Shown piece after piece: positions 56,971 to 64,000 of a stretch of DNA of 64,000 nucleotides (the stretch's first letter is position 1; the number at the start of each line of letters is the position of its first letter). Below the pieces are notes generated by a model. That model had not been told where the DNA came from. It saw only the letters and a program-made list of their open reading frames with translations, and did not search any database. Source of the stretch: Candidatus Thorarchaeota archaeon (GTDB lineage Archaea > Asgardarchaeota > Thorarchaeia > Thorarchaeales > Thorarchaeaceae); contig RDNZ01000002.1 of assembly GCA_011364905.1 (NCBI GenBank), positions 102,910 through 166,909 on the forward strand, in the 5' to 3' direction. The position numbers and the translations under genes are program-made.

Positions 56971-57360
56971 ATGAAATTGTTTTCTGGGGAAGAGCTTGAG
57001 ATTATCAACAAAGAACTTCTGGGAAAGACTGGCCACTATTTGATTGCTTTTCGAAACAAGCACGGTCCTACTCTTCTCAAGAAACTCTGGATAGAGATGT
57101 TGGAATCAATGGGGACACCAGTGAAATGTCTGAGTTGGTGGTCGGGCACAGGTAACATAGGGCTTTTAGAGTGTGAAACAGAGAGCGGTCTATTTGTGTT
57201 TGGGCAATGGGTTCTTGATGAAAAGGAAGAACTACTCAATGTCATGAAGCTTGACGAGGATGAGGTAAGCAGCATCCGCGACGGTTTTGATGCTGGAACC
57301 GTGACCTCTTCTGCGATGAGGGCACTCCGAATTGGGGAGTCAGGTGGAGATAAGGAATAA
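56971..57360 (+). CDS. Hypothetical protein
   Basis: Fills the gap between its neighbours; protein-like composition. Confidence 0.65.
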   Translation: MKLFSGEELEIINKELLGKTGHYLIAFRNKHGPTLLKKLWIEMLESMGTPVKCLSWWSGTGNIGLLECETESGLFVFGQWVLDEKEELLNVMKLDEDEVSSIRDGFDAGTVTSSAMRALRIGESGGDKE

Positions 57361-57366
57361 ATCAAT

Positions 57367-59199
57367 CTAATCAACAGTCAGGGTCTTGGACAAATTCCTT
57401 GGTAAATCAGGATTTATACCGAGGTCGACTGAGAGATAATAGCTAAGCAACTGAAGTGGTATCACATCCAGAATTGGATTGATAAGCACATCTGATTTTG
57501 GCACCACCAAGTAATCTTGCTTGTTGACAACGTATGGCTGAAGAGATTCCTCATATTCTCCAATGATGATTGTGCGGCCATGCCTTGCCTTGACTTCATT
57601 GATATGATTAATCACCATCCAACTGTCCTCAGTTGTTGTGACAAATATGACCGGATAGTTGTCAGTGACGATACTGAGCGGGCCATGTTTGAACTCAGAT
57701 GAGTACATACCTTCACAGTGGCAGTAACAGATCTCCTTGATCTTTAATGCGCCTTCGCGGGCTACGCCATCTGTAAAACCATAACCCAGACAATATAGGT
57801 CTTTGACATCAACCAACGTTCGAGCGAGTGTTCTTGCCAGAATGCCAGTTCTATCTATTGTAGTTTGAGTCAATGAAGGCAAGTCAGTCCTAAGTCGTTT
57901 GATGAAGGACTTCGCTTCTGATGGGTCAATGTGTCCATTACGTTCTCCAAGCCTTGCCGCAAGATAGGCAAAGATTATGCTTTGTGAAAAGTAGGTCTTT
58001 GTTGCGGGAACAGAAACCTCATAGCCACAAGCCATGGGGATATATGAATCAGCTTGGAACATCAGAGTACTACCAATCACATTCAGAATGCCAAGAGATT
58101 TCCCCAGATCTTTCTTTTTTATCATGTTTAAAACATTCAGGACGTCTTTCGTTTCGCCGCTTTGCGAAACCAAGATACTAAGGCATTCGTCATTCAGCGT
58201 ATCGCCATACATGGACTGGAACTGACCGCCAATGGCATGAAGCATTGGAAGTCCGGCAAGTCGATTGAAAAAGTAAGCACCAACAATACTTGCATTATAT
58301 GATGATCCACAAGCAACAATGTAGTGCCTTGAAGCGTTTTCAAGAAGATTGAGCCACTCCTCACTCTTGGGCCTATCTAGGAGTCCGATGACATCCTGTG
58401 CGATTTTTGGCTGCTCGTTTATCTCCTTTAGCATAAAATGGGGGTAGCCGCCTTTCTCCGCTGCTCTAGCGTCCACGTTTGATATCTGAGGACTTCTCTC
58501 GAGCTGCTTGCCATCAGCAATTCGATATACTTTCACATCATTGTGGGTGAGGACAAGCATTTCTCCGTCCGCCAGATAGACCACATTATTTGTTAAGGGC
58601 AAGACTGAAGGAAGATCACTCGAAACAATAGTAGCATCTGCTGCAACGCCAGCTACTAGAGACGAGCCCATTTTTACTGCATAGATTTCCGGTTCATCAG
58701 CTCTTCCAACAGCATAGGCATATGCTCCCTTGAGGTCTTGCGCCGAAAGTCTGACAGCTTCAAACATGTCACCTGTTTCTTCATAATACTTGTCCACTGC
58801 ATGAACACAGAGCTCACCATCATTCTCGGATCTTACAACATGACCCGCTTCGATGAGTTCAGCCTTGTATTCAAAGTAGTTGTGGAGATTGCCATTATGC
58901 GCACCATAGAATACTTCTTGACAGCCAAAGTGAGGTTGTGCGTTCACCTTCGTTGGTGCGCCATAGGTTGCCCATCTCAACTGAGCGATTCCACGATCGC
59001 CTTTCATAGTAGAAAGACCAAGAAGTCTGTTTACTTCATCGATCGTACCAACATCTTTTCGAAGATCCACCTTGTTATTGCGGACAGCAGCAACTCCTAC
59101 ACTATCATACCCTCTGTATGTAAGCTTTCTACTGCATTTTACTAAAAGCTCACCTATATTGTCACTTTTTTCTGTGACTATCCCAGTGATGCCGCACAT
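57367..59199 (-). CDS. glmS: Glutamine-fructose-6-phosphate aminotransferase
   Basis: MCGI, YRGYDS, RWAT, HNG, SQSGET, ATKT, LKIKE, KHGP and PRNLSK. Confidence 0.96.
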   Translation of the reverse strand: MCGITGIVTEKSDNIGELLVKCSRKLTYRGYDSVGVAAVRNNKVDLRKDVGTIDEVNRLLGLSTMKGDRGIAQLRWATYGAPTKVNAQPHFGCQEVFYGAHNGNLHNYFEYKAELIEAGHVVRSENDGELCVHAVDKYYEETGDMFEAVRLSAQDLKGAYAYAVGRADEPEIYAVKMGSSLVAGVAADATIVSSDLPSVLPLTNNVVYLADGEMLVLTHNDVKVYRIADGKQLERSPQISNVDARAAEKGGYPHFMLKEINEQPKIAQDVIGLLDRPKSEEWLNLLENASRHYIVACGSSYNASIVGAYFFNRLAGLPMLHAIGGQFQSMYGDTLNDECLSILVSQSGETKDVLNVLNMIKKKDLGKSLGILNVIGSTLMFQADSYIPMACGYEVSVPATKTYFSQSIIFAYLAARLGERNGHIDPSEAKSFIKRLRTDLPSLTQTTIDRTGILARTLARTLVDVKDLYCLGYGFTDGVAREGALKIKEICYCHCEGMYSSEFKHGPLSIVTDNYPVIFVTTTEDSWMVINHINEVKARHGRTIIIGEYEESLQPYVVNKQDYLVVPKSDVLINPILDVIPLQLLSYYLSVDLGINPDLPRNLSKTLTVD

Positions 59200-59339
59200 C
59201 GTGGCAAAGCTGAATTGTTCTTTAATTAAGAGTTGTGTACGGGAAAAAAGTGCACGAATATTGCGATAGAAAAATCAGAGGCGAAGCAATTATATCACCG
59301 ATTACAGATGATTGAGAGAGAGAGAAGAGAGGACGCGGT

Positions 59340-60047
59340 ATGGGTCGACAGAAAAGAATGGCATTGCTCTTGCATCCGTTCCGGAGGGAACTATATCAGG
59401 TGCTCTGCGAGAATCCTGGGACATACCTCCTTGAGTTAGTCGATATTCTGTCATCCCCTCTTGGAACTCTTACTTGGCACTTGCGGATTCTTGAACGCGA
59501 AGGTCTTGTGAAATCTCTCAAGTTTGCTGGAAAGAGGTTATACTATCCAAGGATGTTAAGATCCCAGGAGGCGGAGATGGCATATCTCACCATGAGAAGC
59601 GATACTGCGCAGAAGATCTTTGCTTTCGTCGTCAATAATGAAGGATGCTATCAAGAACAGATGGCTGAGAGTCTCGGGGTTCATCACGACACTGTACGTT
59701 GGCACATTTCAAGAATGGAAGAGGTTGGCCTAATCAAGGTGGTACGTGAAGGAAGGAAAAAACGGCACTATCTAGATGAATTAGGGAACCTACTAATGCG
59801 AGGAAGTCTAAATACAATTACAGAAGCATATGTGATGTTTTTAATGGAGAAGCTTGAGGACGGTTGCCTCAATCCGGAGATTCGAGAGTCAACACCGGAT
59901 CATGTCACTATTCGTATTGATTGCCCGGAACGAGGAAAGGACTGTTTCATAACTATCAACCTGACTGACTGGGAGTTTCAGTTCATTGATGATGAAGAGT
60001 CTGAAACGTCGATCCATCAAGAAAAAGTAGAAGCACGAGAGAGTTAG
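59340..60047 (+). CDS. Double winged-helix ArsR-like regulator (COG3398-like)
   Basis: Two HTHs: NPG...GTLTWHLRILEREGL and TVRWHISRMEEVGLI. Confidence 0.85.
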   Translation: MGRQKRMALLLHPFRRELYQVLCENPGTYLLELVDILSSPLGTLTWHLRILEREGLVKSLKFAGKRLYYPRMLRSQEAEMAYLTMRSDTAQKIFAFVVNNEGCYQEQMAESLGVHHDTVRWHISRMEEVGLIKVVREGRKKRHYLDELGNLLMRGSLNTITEAYVMFLMEKLEDGCLNPEIRESTPDHVTIRIDCPERGKDCFITINLTDWEFQFIDDEESETSIHQEKVEARES

Positions 60048-60808
60048 ACAGCTCCTTCAATAATCAACCGAACTTTCTCGGAAATTTCATTCGGATTAGG
60101 ACCAGGACAAACAACGGCCAATAGACGCGTTTCATCGACCTTCATAATAACGAGTCTTAGTCCTGCAGTGTCAATTGATATCGAGTCAGTTACCTCCGAA
60201 TAAGTCAAGCCATTCGCGAAGAGAGACCCTATCATTGCAGCCACCTCCACTTCATCCTTGAAGCCGACTGAACCAAGAGGCAATCCTTCTGCAGTCAATA
60301 TTACACCTTGCGTCACTTCAGGAATCTCTTCAACGATTCTACCTAGAATTGTCTGTTTTCCAAATGCACTTGTAGAACCCATAACAAGTTCCATCCTTGT
60401 CGCAAGGGATTGAAAAGATGGAATAAAGGATTCAAGATGCAATCCCGCATCATCTGCCCTTGAAATCACGATTATCAAATGATAATGCGGCTGAACAATT
60501 GTGACAACTCTTTCGATACTTGTAGTATGGACAAGATAAGTGGGACCTGTTTTTTTCAGCAGTTGTAAGGCTGATGCGCCACCCCATACGAGCGCAGAAG
60601 AAACAGTTGCTATTACACGAGAATCAATCTCGCCACCTCTTGCTACAGCAGCAACCACAACTCCTTCCTTGGTGCATAAAATAGCACTCTTTACAGAACG
60701 ATGTACCTTAAGGGTTTCTTCAAGAAGTGTAGCTACCTCTCCGAGTGTTTCTCCTGGCATAGCGTCAACCAGCAAGTTCTTTCTTGGAGTTCTGTCAGGA
60801 TTCCGCAT
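60044..60808 (-). CDS. Tandem roadblock/LC7-domain protein
   Basis: Two repeats: SAILCTKEGVVVA and GVILTAEGLPLGS...VAAM. Confidence 0.8.
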   Translation of the reverse strand: MRNPDRTPRKNLLVDAMPGETLGEVATLLEETLKVHRSVKSAILCTKEGVVVAAVARGGEIDSRVIATVSSALVWGGASALQLLKKTGPTYLVHTTSIERVVTIVQPHYHLIIVISRADDAGLHLESFIPSFQSLATRMELVMGSTSAFGKQTILGRIVEEIPEVTQGVILTAEGLPLGSVGFKDEVEVAAMIGSLFANGLTYSEVTDSISIDTAGLRLVIMKVDETRLLAVVCPGPNPNEISEKVRLIIEGAV

Positions 60809-60920
60809 TTATAACTGATGCTCTTCAGCCTTAATACCTCAGATGCGTCTTTCGTCTCAGAGCAACAAGTTTAAATCGATGGTCCAAAGCATCGAGTTTA
60901 TCGACCATGGAGGCATAATT

Positions 60921-62048
60921 TTGAGCTCAAGGTCAGGCGTAGTTGCATCCGTAATAATCGTGATCGTAGTGTTTTCCGCTGTTGGCGGTTACGTGTTCTT
61001 GACAAATCAATATGTTCCATCTAATATTGCGGTCGTTGTGGTCAATCCCGGTTTTGGTGACAGGAGTATGGCTGACCAGGCATATGAAGGACTCCATCTA
61101 GTGGATGTTGTTGTCAGTTATGATATCAGAGTGGCAGCAGATCTTACAGACTTACAGAGCACCATGGAGAGCATCGCACAAAGAGCAAACCACGACCTCA
61201 TTCTTGTCATAGGCACGGAGGTTGGCTTAAGGGATGTAGTCATCACTGTTGCCAATGAATATCCCAATCAGAAATTTGGATTCGTTGGTGGTTTTGTCAA
61301 TCTACCAAATGTGGCTTCAGCAACTTTTGCGTATAATGAAGCTTCGTTTCTTGCAGGTGCACTTGCAGCTCATCTAGCCGTCGAAAATGTCAATCGAACT
61401 GGAGTGGTTGGTATAATTGGTTCAGTAGCCGCAGATTCCACAGTAGCGGAGATGATTAGTGGATTTCTCGATGGGATTGATTATGCAAACCAAACCCTAG
61501 GAGAGGTTAAGCTTCTTCCAACTGAATATGTAAACTCATACAACGATTCAGAAACAGCAAGGACACTTGCACAGAATATGTGGAACCCTGAGATCGGTAA
61601 TGCATCCGTCATCTTTGCTCCTGTACGCGCTAGTATCATGGGAATTCGAGCAGCGATGGAATATGCCAATCTGACATGGTTCTGTAATACAACGAATCGC
61701 GAACCTTTTGTGATTGGAGCAGAGGCAGATCAGAGATACTTAGGTAATCCAGATATTGAGGTTTTAAATGGTCCATCATGGTTGGTGACTAGTATTGTAC
61801 CTCGCTCAGATTTGGCAGTTTATCGTATGATTAACGCGACCCTCTGGGGTGACTTTTTGGGAGACAGGAATTATGCAAGTGTTCCTCTAGGTGAAAACGC
61901 CAATGAAGGTGGCAATTTAGCAAATGATGGAATAGGTCTTGCAGATCTACTGGAATTCCAGAATCCATTTTGGGTCACTAATACAATGGTCAATATGACT
62001 AGGGACTACCGTCTAATGATAATAAACGGTTCAATTACTCTGCCTTAG
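60921..62048 (+). CDS. BMP/PnrA-family substrate-binding protein, membrane anchored
   Basis: GGAGG RBS plus TTG; N-terminal TM; GFGDRSM..AYEG, EASFLAG.LAA and VIGAEADQ. Confidence 0.85.
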   Translation: MSSRSGVVASVIIVIVVFSAVGGYVFLTNQYVPSNIAVVVVNPGFGDRSMADQAYEGLHLVDVVVSYDIRVAADLTDLQSTMESIAQRANHDLILVIGTEVGLRDVVITVANEYPNQKFGFVGGFVNLPNVASATFAYNEASFLAGALAAHLAVENVNRTGVVGIIGSVAADSTVAEMISGFLDGIDYANQTLGEVKLLPTEYVNSYNDSETARTLAQNMWNPEIGNASVIFAPVRASIMGIRAAMEYANLTWFCNTTNREPFVIGAEADQRYLGNPDIEVLNGPSWLVTSIVPRSDLAVYRMINATLWGDFLGDRNYASVPLGENANEGGNLANDGIGLADLLEFQNPFWVTNTMVNMTRDYRLMIINGSITLP

Positions 62049-62062
62049 TTAAACGGTTATGT

Positions 62063-62096
62063 TGGGGGCGAAAAACCCCCATCTGTTCTCTTTTTT
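62063..62096 (+). terminator. Hairpin plus T-tract after the BMP gene
   Basis: TGGGGG-cgaaaaa-CCCCCA followed by tctgttctctttttt. Confidence 0.55.
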
Positions 62097-62124
62097 CAAA
62101 TATCAAACTCACGAGGGATCGAGT

Positions 62125-62766
62125 GTGGAAATTTCCGAAGAAATAATTGCATTGGCAAAGATAGGCGAAACTCTGAAACGAATTGTGAGAAGTGGGTGGA
62201 CGATTGCTGGTCTTCAGAATTTAAGACTAGAGTCTGTTGGAGACCACTCGTTTGGCACTATCTTAATCTCCTTGTTAATCTCCAAAACGCTCCTTGATGA
62301 AGGAGAACAGGTTGACCTTGATAGAGTTGTAGCGTTGGCTGCAGTTCATGACATTCCTGAATCGGTAACATCTGACATTCCAAGAATCGCAGGTGAATAC
62401 GGAGGTAATTTGCTTCGAGAGAGCAAGCGCAAGACTGAGAAGAAAGTGATTAAGCAGATTTCGAAGGAGTGCAAGAGCTTTGAGGAGTGGTTGAGGAGCC
62501 TATGGGAATCTTTTGAGAATGAGATGAGTCTTGAGGTGCGCATCGTATTAGGGTCAGATATTATCGATATGCTTGTTCACGCAAATGCGCTAGAAGTGTC
62601 AGGAGTCTCCCCAGCCATATTGGATCGGTTCTTTGTTAATAGTCATCTATCGGTCAGGAAACTTGAGCTGAAAATCATTGAGAAAATCTTCTGGTATCTT
62701 TATGGTGAACATACTAGAAGTGCTGAGAAACTTGGGATTGAATTAGTACCAATAGGTGAGAAATAG
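62125..62766 (+). CDS. HD-domain hydrolase (YfbR/HDDC2-like 5'-deoxynucleotidase)
   Basis: LKRIVRSGW, ESVGDHS and HDIPE...DIP. Confidence 0.88.
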   Translation: MEISEEIIALAKIGETLKRIVRSGWTIAGLQNLRLESVGDHSFGTILISLLISKTLLDEGEQVDLDRVVALAAVHDIPESVTSDIPRIAGEYGGNLLRESKRKTEKKVIKQISKECKSFEEWLRSLWESFENEMSLEVRIVLGSDIIDMLVHANALEVSGVSPAILDRFFVNSHLSVRKLELKIIEKIFWYLYGEHTRSAEKLGIELVPIGEK

Positions 62767-62767
62767 G

Positions 62768-63400
62768 TCAAGCGCGGTCTTTCACTGTCTTAATGAAGTC
62801 GCGATGCAATCCTGCAGCAATGGTTCTAGCAACTCTTACTGGTTCAGGAACTCGTCCATCAACGGTCATTTTGTTGAGCAGGTTTCTTGCCTTGGGAATA
62901 CTCATTCCCGCAACAGAGAGATACAGAGAGTAGCCAGTCTTTAACAGAATAGACTTTCTAGCACCGGTTCTCTCAAGAATAGCAAGTCGAGACTCCCAAT
63001 CCGAGGGGAAGTACTCTTTCAAGTATTTTTCAATGCCATCTGAGGGATGATAGGAGATGCAAATGACAGGAGTGTCTGTACGTTCATAGAGCGCATTAAT
63101 GTCGACTATATTAAACCAAGAGATTACTGATCCTCCAAGCATCCATGCCCGAATATCCTTTCGATTGAGATGAGTGAACATTGATACCAGCTCATCAGTT
63201 GAGTCATGACCACCGATAGAGGGAGTGCAAACGCTAAAGCCATCAATTCGCGAATCCCCTCTCATAACTACTCCAGCTAGAATGCTATATGATTGAGTCT
63301 TCTCGAAGCTTTCAGCAACTCCAAGTACGCGAACTCCTTTCTTCCAACTACTTGTTGTTTCTACTGGAATTTCCATGTCTAATTTGTATGGTGAACTCAT
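62768..63400 (-). CDS. DUF99/UPF0215-family protein (endonuclease V-like)
   Basis: VLGVAES, GVVMRGD..IDG, G.D.TD, FNIVD and PEPVRVA. Confidence 0.85.
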   Translation of the reverse strand: MSSPYKLDMEIPVETTSSWKKGVRVLGVAESFEKTQSYSILAGVVMRGDSRIDGFSVCTPSIGGHDSTDELVSMFTHLNRKDIRAWMLGGSVISWFNIVDINALYERTDTPVICISYHPSDGIEKYLKEYFPSDWESRLAILERTGARKSILLKTGYSLYLSVAGMSIPKARNLLNKMTVDGRVPEPVRVARTIAAGLHRDFIKTVKDRA

Positions 63401-63542
63401 TGTATGAACCTGCCGTCTGCTGAATTACATTTCAAAGAGTTTCCTTGATGTATTTGACTGAGCTCTTAGATTTCACTAATCATGCAAACTTTATTAATGC
63501 GCATTTCCAATTGTCATTTATCTGACTAGAGAGAGAGAAAGA

Positions 63543-63935
63543 GTGGCTGCCATGTTTGATCCAAGCTTTGAAGAGCTACAGGGAAAACTAAGGCAGATTA
63601 TGGAAGAAGCCACAACCCTCGCAGCAGGAATTAGGGCATGGATGCTTTTATCTAAGGAAGGTCTTCCCATATCATCGGCAGTTCCCCAAGGACTAGAAGA
63701 AGCTGAGATTGCAGCAATGGCAGCGTCTATTCTAGGAGTAGCGGATCTTGCCGCCGAAAGAATGGACCAAGGTACTCTTGAAGAGATACTTCTCACGAAT
63801 GAGAAGGGTCTCATGATTATGAAAAGTGCAGGAGAAAAAGCGATTCTTGTTCTGGCTGCTGGTAAGGGCATGAAGACAGGACTCTTGGTTTATGCCGCAA
63901 ATACAGCAGCTGAAAAAATTGCGCCACTTCTCTAA
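63543..63935 (+). CDS. Roadblock/LC7-domain protein
   Basis: LLSKEGLPISS...IAAMAASI...GTLEEILL..EKG...GLL. Confidence 0.92.
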   Translation: MAAMFDPSFEELQGKLRQIMEEATTLAAGIRAWMLLSKEGLPISSAVPQGLEEAEIAAMAASILGVADLAAERMDQGTLEEILLTNEKGLMIMKSAGEKAILVLAAGKGMKTGLLVYAANTAAEKIAPLL

Positions 63936-64000
63936 GATTGAAGATCATGAAGCAACCAGTTGATTATTTGAAGGGCAAGTCGCAGATCTTGTTCAGATCT

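Noticed and set aside
1-64000. CRISPR array, tRNA, rRNA or IS elements
   Set aside because: No regularly spaced repeats, cloverleaf motifs, rRNA-like segments or transposase motifs were seen by eye.

Overview
Archaeal chromosomal window, most likely from an Asgard archaeon (Thorarchaeia-like). The assignment rests on two roadblock/LC7 genes, a Rab-like small-GTPase derivative, TFBs, RadA, a Vps62-like protein and GGAGG/AGGTGA ribosome-binding sites. I found no rRNA, tRNA, CRISPR array, integrase or transposase. The ends carry mostly housekeeping genes: feoB-feoC-dtxR on the left; a compact Mre11/Rad50-like pair, an ABC-2 exporter, RimK, glmS, BMP, HD and DUF99 genes on the right. The main finding is a tightly coupled ~15 kb minus-strand operon (25898/25777 to 10988; 14 genes plus a 38-aa leader ORF). 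It interleaves a homologous-recombination toolkit with membrane proteins and a membrane-anchored, catalytically degenerate HerA/VirB4-like protein. The toolkit is a divergent full-length RadA, an XPD/Rad3 Fe-S helicase, a Hel308 helicase with an inserted SWIM finger, two RadB/Rad51-paralog-like proteins and a FEN1-family nuclease with a PIP box. A 21-bp motif (TTGCAnnnnTnGAnCnAAnnC) lies 180-235 bp upstream of four transcription units, always in the gene's orientation: this operon, the unit encoding a 2287-aa surface protein, the divergent GH3 acyl-amido synthetase, and a two-gene cassette that repeats two of the operon's unknown protein families. Two tandem TFBs and two large wHTH/AsnC-like proteins lie nearby. 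My inference is a co-regulated DNA-exchange/recombination ('mating' or competence-like) regulon. All family assignments were made by eye from motifs; no database searches were run.
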